Assembly: GCA_035352955.1 (NCBI GenBank)
Contig: DAOPYQ010000012.1
Span: 1 to 52,621 of the forward strand
DNA: 52,621 bases
Source: Candidatus Omnitrophota bacterium
GTDB lineage: Bacteria > Omnitrophota > Omnitrophia > Omnitrophales > Aquincolibacteriaceae
Direction of reading: 5' to 3'
Shown here: positions 44,590-52,620 of the stretch, one piece after another
Position numbering within the stretch: the first letter of the stretch is position 1
Layout: each line of letters begins with the position of its first letter
Notes under the pieces: model-generated
Seen by the model: the letters and a program-made list of their open reading frames with translations, nothing else
What the model was told of the DNA's origin: nothing
The model's database searches: none
Made by a program: the position numbers and the translations under genes

Positions 44590-47500
44590 ATGACAAACTC
44601 TGCTAAAAAAATCATAAGTCTAGTCACGATTTTTTGCTTTGCGATGACGCAAAGCGTGACAGCTTATCCCGGTGCCGGAATTGATATTGTCCGCCCCGCG
44701 GAAGTTCCGTCATTTCTTCAGATCGATATCCCGTCCGAACTTGCGACACTCGACGGACTTTTCGAAGCGCCGGTGAGCCCGGACCCGCGGTTGATCCTTC
44801 ACATCCAGAATGCGCACGCGAATTACGGGGCCCAGGAAAAGATCAAACAGCTCTTGCAGTACCTTGAACGGACTTATGCCATCAGGACCATTTTTGTCGA
44901 AGGCGCGTCCGAAGACCTCAATCCCGACTACTTGAAAATGTTCCCGGACCGCGAACGCAATCTCAAGCTTGCGGATTTCCTCGCCAAACAGGGGGAGCTG
45001 ACGGGAGCGGAACTTTTCATTCTCGAGGAGAATGAAAAGCGGGATGGAGGAGGGAGGATGGAGGAGGGAGTAAAAACAGGTTCGTCGCCATCCGCCATCC
45101 GCCATCCGATATCCAGAGTTACGCCGAAGGCGCACGGTATCGAGAACGCCGCGCTGTACCGCCAGAATTACGAAGCGCTCAAAAAAGTTTTCGGCAATGA
45201 AGCCACGGTGAACCGTTATCTCCTAGGCTTCGAGGCGCGGCTTGACGGTTTGGCGTCCAAGGTCTTTGGTGCGGATCTTCGCAAACTTCTCGGGGAGTGG
45301 AAAAAATTCGAAAAAGGGAACCGCGAGTTTATGCCGTACATCCGCGCCCTTGCCACGGAGGCGAAGCGTATCCTCGGGTCGGACTTGGAGAGCCTGCTTT
45401 CGCAGATCGAATGGCCGCAGATCACGCGGATCCTCGTGCTTCAGACCATGGAAAAAGACCTGAACGTCGAAAAGGGACTTGCCGAGAAAGGCGAGCTCAT
45501 CCGATTCCTCAAGGAGAAGAAGGCCTCCCCCCGGCTTATTGCCGCGATCGAGAACTTTCAGGACCAGCGCATGAATGTCCCGCGTGGGGAAACGGGACAG
45601 AACGCCGGCCCTATTCAACCGCGCGACCTCATGGAACAGCTCGTGAACGAAGCCGGCCCCAAGGGGTTCTATTTTTACAATTATCCGAACTTCAGCCTCT
45701 ATGCCGGGTACATCATCCTGAAAAGCGAACTCGATCCCAAAGGCCTTTTCGACGAGATCCGGCTCCTGTTCACGCGGATCATGGACAAACTGGCGGTGAG
45801 CGAGCGGCAGAAGACCCTGCTCGGGCTTTACCGCGATGAGGAACTTGTCCGCAAGCTCCTCAACCTCGAGTTGACCCGTAAGAACTGGCAGGACGTCCTC
45901 AGCAGGGGGACGCTCCTGTCGATGGATTCCCTGGTGACGCGTCTCAAGGACATTGGGACTGCCGTCGCCACGGAATCCAATCTTCCGCTTACGAATTTCG
46001 AGACGAAGAAGGTGAACCCCAAGTTCCGCAGTGAGGTGATGGACGTTCAGGCCGCCGCGTACGATTTTTACGAGGCCGCGCGCAAACGCGAAGAGGTCTT
46101 TTACGAAAAGATCGATTCCGTGATGCGGGGCGGCGCGCTCACGAAAGCGGTCCTGATCACCGGCGGTTTTCACACCGACGGCATCACCGAGCTTCTCCGC
46201 GAGCACGAGATCAGTTACGGCATCCTTACTCCGCGACTTTCCGAAAAGGGTGATGAACATCTTTACCGCGCGGTCATGTTGCAGAACACCGACCGTCCTT
46301 TCAGCATTTCATATCTCGAACAATCGGTAAAAGAAGGTCCGGTGGTGAACCAGCCCAATCCTGCCGGAGCGCTTGGGACTTTGGTTAATGCCATCGCGGC
46401 GACCGACCGCAAAGAGATCCGCCAGGCGGTGGAGATTTTTAATGCTTCGACCTCGGCCCAATTGAACAATCTCCGCCTTGAACGCCGGTCCGAGGATTCC
46501 CGTGGCCGTCCGACTTACCAAGTGGTATCTCGCACTGGAGAGCGCATGACCTCTGACAGACCGGGGGGAGGGATAGATCAGCCCTCGAATGTTTTGATCT
46601 CTCAGGATGTATTGACCGATGTGCTTGCCGATGCGGCTCGCGGTGCGACGCCGGTAATAGCCACTCCGGCGGTGACAACCGCCGTTGGTCGCATAGAACG
46701 ATTGGTAACGCCGGCCAGTCCTGAAGCTGTATCTCCCAGTGCCGCCAGCGACGTGGTTCGACAAGCGCTTATTAACGAAGCTCAAACGGCAGGTGTCACG
46801 CCGGCACAGCTTGCTGCTGCGGTTGTATCCGTCATGCCCGCTGTGTCTACCTCTGGGACCGATTTGGGTCCTGTGGATGTTTCACCCCAGGCCACTTCAA
46901 CCTCCGGTGTTTCGGCAGAACCGGCCTTTTTAAGGGAGGAAAACGGATTGCCGGAGGGTATCGAAGTCCCGATCGTCATGATTCCGCTTAAACGTTTTGT
47001 GGTGACGCTGGACGGACCGCCCGCGGCTGGGAAGACCACGACAAGCCGCATGGTTGTCAGGCGGTTGCATGAACAGGGGATCCCGATGGCGTATGTGGAC
47101 AGCGGGTTCGTGTACCGCGCCATGGCGGCGAGTTTGATGAAGACCTTCGGCGATGTTTCAACGATCTCTGCGGTTCTTAATGATTCCGGGCGTCTGACCG
47201 CATTTCTCAAAGAAGCGAATATCCGGCTGCAGCTCGATGAGTGGGCGGATCCGGATGAATCGATGCGCGTCTTTATGGGGGACAGCCAGGCACCGGTTCC
47301 TTTGGAAGCTTTGAGAAACGAAGGCCTCAATCCGGTCCTCAAACTATTACGCCGCCGGGAGGTCCATCAATATGTCTTTCAAAGAATCCGCAACGCGGGA
47401 GAGGACAAAAACCTGATGGCGGTCGGACGAAACATGGGGACGCTTGTTTTTCCGGATGCTACAGGGCCCAAGATCTATCTGACCGTGTCGCAAGAGGAAC

Positions 47501-50500
47501 GGGCGAAGCGGCGGAAAGTCGGTCTTGAGGCTATCCAGCGCCGCGATGCCTCCAATCTGGAAGACCCGGTGGCGCCGTTGATCATTCCCCGTGGCGCTGT
47601 GGAGATCGATACGACGGGCGGGTATGACGGCGTATTGGAAAAATCACGGGACGCGACCGTCGAGAAGATATTCGGACTCATGAGTTCCGCCGCCAGCGCG
47701 GCTGCTACGGAAACGGCCGGGTCGTCCCGCCAGGAAGCCCGCGCCGAGAATCGTGCAACTCCCGCCCGCTCTGAAAACCACGAAACTCCTCCGGCCGCGT
47801 CGCCGGTATCTGGACGCGCGCCCGCCGCAGACGAAGCCGGCCGCACGGAAGCGCGACAAAATGACGACGGACAAGCCCGGGCGAAGGACGGAGATGATTT
47901 AGAAAGACGTGTTGCGGCAATGACCGATATGCGGGGTAAATTAGAGCTTCTCATTCGGCATTTGTTCATTGGTGATAAATATTTCCGAGACTTTTTGCCC
48001 GGTGAGATTGCATTTTTGAAAGAGGCTAAAAAATTTTACAAAGTTGATCCCGGGCAACTTAACGCGGCATATCGGGCCGCGGATATTCTGTTCGATCTAA
48101 TACAAAATCATCCCGACGAAGCAGAATCAGCAAAATCGCTGATGTTACAAATCGCAGCCCACATGGGGGGGGGACAGGAGGGTAATGTCAAACAGCTTTT
48201 GGAAGAGTTTGTTTTTAATGAAGGCCGTCGATTCATGTCCGTGGATGAGTTGGAGAATATAGCCCGCTACCACGCTATGTATAACGTACCGAATTATTCG
48301 ATGTTTATTCTCGTCGGGGATCCCGGCGAAATTACGGATGAAATTCGCATCAGCCAAATTCTTGCGGGAATACCGCAATACGGCGCAGAGGTCCTGCTTA
48401 TTTTTCGGTATCCGCAATATCGAACAGGACTGGGGGGCGGTGGCGGCGCCGCTTTGCCTGATGAAGGATTGGTGCTGTTGCCCGAGGGGTATCCTTCGGA
48501 AAAGACTGTCTATAAAACCAGGATACAAGGAGTGGGGCGGATGGGTGCGGAATTTATTGACGTTCCGGCAACGCGCGCCGTTGTCCGTGCGCGTCTTGCA
48601 GCCGGAAAAATCAGTATGAGGTTCGATCTTGCGCATCAGAAAGCGATTGCGGACCGGACGGAAAAAGCTTTGGACGCGATCGAGGCATGGCAGAATGAAT
48701 CGAAGCCGAAAGACGCTCCTGCTGCCGCCATGGCGCCGGCTCAAGACCGCGCGGAACGCCGCACGGCTGGGGAGGAGGAAACGGTTGGGCCGGATTTTGA
48801 TCCGGTCGTTCAGAACTATTGGCTGGAGAACAATCTTGGGGATGATGCCGCGCGCCGCGCTGCCGCGAAATTCTATTATGAGGACGGCAGAGACAAAGTG
48901 ATGCAAAAAAACGGCGTTACGGCCGCGATGTTCTCCGTGTTCATGAAGGTCATGAATTTCCGGGGACCGGATGCTGCGGTCAAAACTTTTACGGCCATAG
49001 ACGTGCTCCGGTCGTTTCGGATCTCTTATCCGGGGATGAGAGTATCGGTCATGATCGAAATTCTTTCCCGGAATCATTTTGTTTTTGAAAAGCTCGGGAA
49101 TATCCCGGGGGCTATGCCGGAAAGTGTGTGGCAGGAGATCCAGGGTATTTTTGCGCGCGAAGGGTTTAAGGCCGGGGTTTTGCCGTCGGTCCGTCCGGAG
49201 GCTGCGGCTTCTGCGGAAAAATGGGATGGGAGTTCGGTCGAGGTTCATGGCCTGATCCCAGAGCCTGCGGCTCCTGCCGACGCGACACTGACGCAGGCAT
49301 CCCCCTCGGAAAATTGGGATAATAGTTCGGTCGAGGAAATATTGCAGCAGATCCTGCGTTCTCCGGATCCAGCGACGGTCATCAACGCCGGAGAATCTTT
49401 TTATCAGAGACTGGATCGCGGAGGCGTGGCGGTCAAAAGCGGTCCTCATACTTTCCTGATCTGGCGGCAGCCGCGTTCCGCCTTCGTGGATGGTTCCGGG
49501 GAGCTTGAAGCCGGTAAGGTCTATATGACACGCATGCGAAGCAACGGTCAGCACTCGAAAATCCGTAAGATCGAGCCGGACGTAAAAATGAAGGTCGGGA
49601 TTAACGGTCAGGAGATTGGATACGGTGACCTCAAGGGGTTCTACCCGACCGGTGGCTTTTCGTTCACGGTCCAGTCGCGGGAGCGGGAAAACCGTCCTCC
49701 CCGGATCGAAGTGGACGGTGTGTTCGGGGATCAGCGGGTCGAGTTTAATGGCCTGATCCTAGAGCCTGCGGCTTCTGCCGCCGCGACACCGATGCAGGAA
49801 TCCACCCCGGAAAATCGGGATGGGAGTCCGGTCGAGGTTAATGGCCTGATCTCAGAGCCTGCGGCTCCTGCCGACGCGACACTGACGCAGGCATCCCCCT
49901 CGGAAAATTGGGATAATAGTTCGGTCGAGGAAATATTGCAGCAGATCCTGCGTTCTCCGGATCCAGCGACGGTCATCAACGCCGGAGAATCTTTTTATCA
50001 GAGACTGGATCGCGGAGGCGTGGCGGTCAAAAGCGGTCCTCATACTTTCCTGATCTGGCGGCAGCCGCGCGTGGATAGTTTTCGGAAGCTTGAAGCCGGT
50101 AAGGTCTATATGGCACGCATGAAAAGCGACGGTCAGCCCTCGAGAATCCGTGAGATCAAGCCGGACGTGGAAATGAAGGTCGGGATTAACGGTGCGGAGG
50201 TTGTATACGGAGACCACGACGATACGTTCAACCCGACCAGTGGCTTTTCGTTCACGGTCCAGTCGCCGCCGCGGCAAGGCCGTCCTTCCCGGATCGTAGT
50301 GGGCGGTGTGGTCGAGGGTCAGCCGGTCAAGGTTCAAGGTCTGATCCCGGCGGCTCAAGACCGTGCTGAAAGACGTTCCGCAATTCCGGCATCACCCACT
50401 TCGGACACCGGGTCTCCGAAGTTGGTTGGAGCGAGTGCGGCCAAGCCGCGGTCGAAACTTGACCAGGCGTTCGATACTTTTTTTGCCGCTGCCGGAGCGT

Positions 50501-52620
50501 TTGACCCGATCCTGAGCCAGACGGTCGCCGCGGGAGATCCTAGGACCCTCGGAAAAACGGTGCGTATCTATCCTAATACGTTGGAAATGTCCGGAAACGA
50601 ATTGCAAGGGGTGACGGTGAAATCGGGCTCAACCCTTTTCCGCATTTTGTACACGGGGGGAATTTACGGAACGGTTTATTACCGTATGTCGACATTAGAT
50701 GTGGCCGGTAACGAAGTCATCGATCCGAAGATCCACTCGGCGGAAAGACAGGAGGGCAGCGACGCCTTGATCGTGAGGGATCTTTCCCAGGCCGTTGGCC
50801 TGCCGGACCCCAGGATGGCTCCGACCGTTGTTTCCGTAAAAACAGGAGGAGATCAGGAAGGCAGAACTTATTTTGAGATCAAAGACCGGAGCCCGAAGGG
50901 CGTCGAACTCCAGTGGTCGCGACGGCTAGGGACCGACCTCGAAGAAGTTAAAGAAAAGGTCAAGGTTCAGGCGGAAGCTTTGACGGGAAAACATGATCAA
51001 CTGCAAGCTGGGTTTCACTATTTTGGCGGTCCGGCTGCTGAGAATCCCGGGGCGGAAGCGGAAACAGTCACGGAATCTCCCGCAGCCCCTCCTGCCGTGT
51101 CGGCTATTAACCTTGAAGGCATTAACCCATTTCTTCTTGGGAGAAAGTCGTTGAAGGATGAAGGATCGGCCGAGGAAAACCTGCCGAATAATGGCTGGGA
51201 CGACCAAGAGGTGATAGGTTCTCAGACAGCTCAGACGGCTCCGACCGCTGTCACTGCCGGCCGGATGGAAAAACGCGCGGATGCGTACAGCGGGATGAGG
51301 GGGAAAGAAATTGCCGGCTATGCTGTGGTTTTATCGTTTTTCAATCCGGTCCTGTTCGTCGTGTTTTACTGGAATCTTCTGATGGCCGTCGGCGATAGAG
51401 TATCGCCCGCGACGGGGATTACCTTGTTGCTTGCGCCGCTTGCTGTTGTTGCCGTGGGCGCTTTGGTGGCTGGAGTGGCATTCCTGCCGATTCTTTTCAA
51501 GGAATCTCTTGCTGCGTTTTCCGGGGAGAAGACGAGTCTTGCCGGGTATCAGCAGATGGCGGAGAAGAAATTCTCAAATCTCCAAAGCGATGTGAAGGGC
51601 GATGCTCTCCTAGCCGGTGAATGGGCGACAGGGCGCTACCGGGTCCAGGTGGAGGATGATTCCGGGGCGGCCTACTATGATGTTAAACAGCGCAAGGTGG
51701 ATCTGGCGGGGCGAGAGATCCGGCCGCTTAAGATCTCTTCTTTCTACATGCAGATGACCTCGGTTTTTCGGTATACACTGATCCGGCGCACGCTCGGCTA
51801 TCATTACCAGGACCTCGCGGATCGCATGGAAACTGCTATAGGTCCTTCGCCTCTTCTCACGAGCCTGTTCTATCCGGTGTGGCTGATCTATAGCACATTT
51901 GAGACCCTGAGGTGCATGCGTTTCTATCTGCATCCTGTCACGCTCGGGTATGTCGGTATCGTGGGTGTTCTTTCTGTTTTTATCGGTCTCTTCGTGATCC
52001 CTGCGACTGTCGTTTATGAAATGGCAACCCGGGGTATCGGAAAAACGTCCCGGGACCTCAGCCATATCGTCCAATATGTTTTGAAAGGCCGGACGGTGCC
52101 GGAGGGAGAGCGGACGAGGCATGCAGGAGCTCTGTTGCCACGGAACCCGGTTCTTTACAATCTCGTGATGGCGACCCTGTGGAGCGTGGTCGGTATTCTG
52201 ACCGTCAATTTCATTTATGCAGCGCTCGGTGTCGGGAGCGCGGTCCTCTTTCCCGTGGCAGGGCGGGCGGTGGTTGCGGGGATGGCCTGGTTGTTCGGGT
52301 ACGTAATGAGCAAAGGCCGGCTGATGGAACAGATGAAAGATCACGAGTTTCGGAAAGGCCGTTTAGAAAGCCCCTCCTATGCAGCACCGGACACTAAGTC
52401 CGCCCGTCAGTCGGCACCTGCTAGGGGCGAGCGCGCGGAAAAGCGGGGAGGGGAGCGGTTGCTTGGCCGGGCGATGCTTCCTGCGATGGTCGCGTCTCTC
52501 TCTCTCTTCGCCATGGTGGCCAATGCCGCGGAGGAAAGTTTTTTTGGAAAGATCTTTTCGGTGGGTAAAGACGTTTCTGTGGGGGTGGTGGGCAGGCAGG
52601 GTGAAGATCGCGGTGACATG
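44590..52620 (+). CDS. Second giant protein, 3'-truncated by the window edge (at least 2677 aa): signal peptide, ChaN/Tiki-like N-terminal domain, low-complexity linkers, embedded cytidylate kinase-like domain, unknown helical region, tandem ~198-aa modules, C-terminal polytopic membrane region
   Basis: It is absent from the ORF track, which lists only start-to-stop ORFs. Hand translation of the frame with codon starts equal to 1 mod 3 found no stop from ATG 44590 to nt 52620. In-frame TAA at 44551 lies upstream, and 44590 is the first start after it. No track ORF in this interval is in this frame. The N-terminus MTNSAKKIISLVTIFCFAMTQSVTA is signal-like, and recognisable Cmk motifs lie in frame. 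The large antisense ORFs here are Arg/Pro-rich shadows. Confidence 0.85.
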   Translation, partial: MTNSAKKIISLVTIFCFAMTQSVTAYPGAGIDIVRPAEVPSFLQIDIPSELATLDGLFEAPVSPDPRLILHIQNAHANYGAQEKIKQLLQYLERTYAIRTIFVEGASEDLNPDYLKMFPDRERNLKLADFLAKQGELTGAELFILEENEKRDGGGRMEEGVKTGSSPSAIRHPISRVTPKAHGIENAALYRQNYEALKKVFGNEATVNRYLLGFEARLDGLASKVFGADLRKLLGEWKKFEKGNREFMPYIRALATEAKRILGSDLESLLSQIEWPQITRILVLQTMEKDLNVEKGLAEKGELIRFLKEKKASPRLIAAIENFQDQRMNVPRGETGQNAGPIQPRDLMEQLVNEAGPKGFYFYNYPNFSLYAGYIILKSELDPKGLFDEIRLLFTRIMDKLAVSERQKTLLGLYRDEELVRKLLNLELTRKNWQDVLSRGTLLSMDSLVTRLKDIGTAVATESNLPLTNFETKKVNPKFRSEVMDVQAAAYDFYEAARKREEVFYEKIDSVMRGGALTKAVLITGGFHTDGITELLREHEISYGILTPRLSEKGDEHLYRAVMLQNTDRPFSISYLEQSVKEGPVVNQPNPAGALGTLVNAIAATDRKEIRQAVEIFNASTSAQLNNLRLERRSEDSRGRPTYQVVSRTGERMTSDRPGGGIDQPSNVLISQDVLTDVLADAARGATPVIATPAVTTAVGRIERLVTPASPEAVSPSAASDVVRQALINEAQTAGVTPAQLAAAVVSVMPAVSTSGTDLGPVDVSPQATSTSGVSAEPAFLREENGLPEGIEVPIVMIPLKRFVVTLDGPPAAGKTTTSRMVVRRLHEQGIPMAYVDSGFVYRAMAASLMKTFGDVSTISAVLNDSGRLTAFLKEANIRLQLDEWADPDESMRVFMGDSQAPVPLEALRNEGLNPVLKLLRRREVHQYVFQRIRNAGEDKNLMAVGRNMGTLVFPDATGPKIYLTVSQEERAKRRKVGLEAIQRRDASNLEDPVAPLIIPRGAVEIDTTGGYDGVLEKSRDATVEKIFGLMSSAASAAATETAGSSRQEARAENRATPARSENHETPPAASPVSGRAPAADEAGRTEARQNDDGQARAKDGDDLERRVAAMTDMRGKLELLIRHLFIGDKYFRDFLPGEIAFLKEAKKFYKVDPGQLNAAYRAADILFDLIQNHPDEAESAKSLMLQIAAHMGGGQEGNVKQLLEEFVFNEGRRFMSVDELENIARYHAMYNVPNYSMFILVGDPGEITDEIRISQILAGIPQYGAEVLLIFRYPQYRTGLGGGGGAALPDEGLVLLPEGYPSEKTVYKTRIQGVGRMGAEFIDVPATRAVVRARLAAGKISMRFDLAHQKAIADRTEKALDAIEAWQNESKPKDAPAAAMAPAQDRAERRTAGEEETVGPDFDPVVQNYWLENNLGDDAARRAAAKFYYEDGRDKVMQKNGVTAAMFSVFMKVMNFRGPDAAVKTFTAIDVLRSFRISYPGMRVSVMIEILSRNHFVFEKLGNIPGAMPESVWQEIQGIFAREGFKAGVLPSVRPEAAASAEKWDGSSVEVHGLIPEPAAPADATLTQASPSENWDNSSVEEILQQILRSPDPATVINAGESFYQRLDRGGVAVKSGPHTFLIWRQPRSAFVDGSGELEAGKVYMTRMRSNGQHSKIRKIEPDVKMKVGINGQEIGYGDLKGFYPTGGFSFTVQSRERENRPPRIEVDGVFGDQRVEFNGLILEPAASAAATPMQESTPENRDGSPVEVNGLISEPAAPADATLTQASPSENWDNSSVEEILQQILRSPDPATVINAGESFYQRLDRGGVAVKSGPHTFLIWRQPRVDSFRKLEAGKVYMARMKSDGQPSRIREIKPDVEMKVGINGAEVVYGDHDDTFNPTSGFSFTVQSPPRQGRPSRIVVGGVVEGQPVKVQGLIPAAQDRAERRSAIPASPTSDTGSPKLVGASAAKPRSKLDQAFDTFFAAAGAFDPILSQTVAAGDPRTLGKTVRIYPNTLEMSGNELQGVTVKSGSTLFRILYTGGIYGTVYYRMSTLDVAGNEVIDPKIHSAERQEGSDALIVRDLSQAVGLPDPRMAPTVVSVKTGGDQEGRTYFEIKDRSPKGVELQWSRRLGTDLEEVKEKVKVQAEALTGKHDQLQAGFHYFGGPAAENPGAEAETVTESPAAPPAVSAINLEGINPFLLGRKSLKDEGSAEENLPNNGWDDQEVIGSQTAQTAPTAVTAGRMEKRADAYSGMRGKEIAGYAVVLSFFNPVLFVVFYWNLLMAVGDRVSPATGITLLLAPLAVVAVGALVAGVAFLPILFKESLAAFSGEKTSLAGYQQMAEKKFSNLQSDVKGDALLAGEWATGRYRVQVEDDSGAAYYDVKQRKVDLAGREIRPLKISSFYMQMTSVFRYTLIRRTLGYHYQDLADRMETAIGPSPLLTSLFYPVWLIYSTFETLRCMRFYLHPVTLGYVGIVGVLSVFIGLFVIPATVVYEMATRGIGKTSRDLSHIVQYVLKGRTVPEGERTRHAGALLPRNPVLYNLVMATLWSVVGILTVNFIYAALGVGSAVLFPVAGRAVVAGMAWLFGYVMSKGRLMEQMKDHEFRKGRLESPSYAAPDTKSARQSAPARGERAEKRGGERLLGRAMLPAMVASLSLFAMVANAAEESFFGKIFSVGKDVSVGVVGRQGEDRGDM
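45042..45107 (+). repeat. Short tandem repeats inside the giant ORF: GGATGGAGGAGGGA x2 (45042-45069), a 17-nt spacer, then GCCATCC x3 (45087-45107)
   Basis: Exact tandem copies read directly. The two arrays are partly complementary (GGATGG against CCATCC). The unit lengths, 14 and 7, are not multiples of 3. Confidence 0.85.
46987..47679 (+). other. Cytidylate kinase (Cmk)-like P-loop domain embedded in the giant ORF
   Basis: In-frame VVTLDGPPAAGKTTTSRMV, YVDSGFVYRAMA and AVGRNMGTLVFPDATGPKIYLTVSQEERAKRR match the Cmk signature pattern (DGPxGxGK[ST], DSGxxYR, GRDxGTVVFPDAxxKxxLxAxxExRAxRR). Confidence 0.75.
48165..48173 (+). repeat. Poly-G tract (G9) within the giant ORF
   Basis: catGGGGGGGGGac, read directly; it encodes M-G-G-G. 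Confidence 0.9.
49261..49475 (+). repeat. Copy A of a 215-bp perfectly identical intragenic direct repeat (part of a 594-bp tandem module)
   Basis: Identical base for base to 49855-50069. Near-identity (3-4 mismatches) extends upstream to about 49213. Flanking parts of the module are clearly diverged and include a 9-nt indel. Confidence 0.92.
49855..50069 (+). repeat. Copy B of the 215-bp perfectly identical intragenic direct repeat
   Basis: The offset of exactly 594 bp (198 codons) from copy A preserves the reading frame. The repeat is also visible in the track as the identical peptide string shared by antisense ORFs 48145..49554 and 49852..50358. Confidence 0.92.

Noticed and set aside
45223-49554. 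Minus-strand ORFs 45223..46260 (345 aa) and 48145..49554 (469 aa), and + ORF 45297..45839, as alternatives to the giant + ORF
   Set aside because: Their composition is Arg/Pro-rich and motif-free. The + ORF 45297 starts at a GTG in a different frame. The competing frame (1 mod 3) is open for 8 kb, has sensible codon usage and contains an unmistakable Cmk signature, so these are shadows.
49213-50350. The 594-bp periodic repeat as a CRISPR array or a mobile-element terminal repeat
   Set aside because: There are only two long copies. They are in frame within a continuous ORF, the protein-level similarity extends beyond the identical core, and there is no repeat-spacer periodicity and no transposase.
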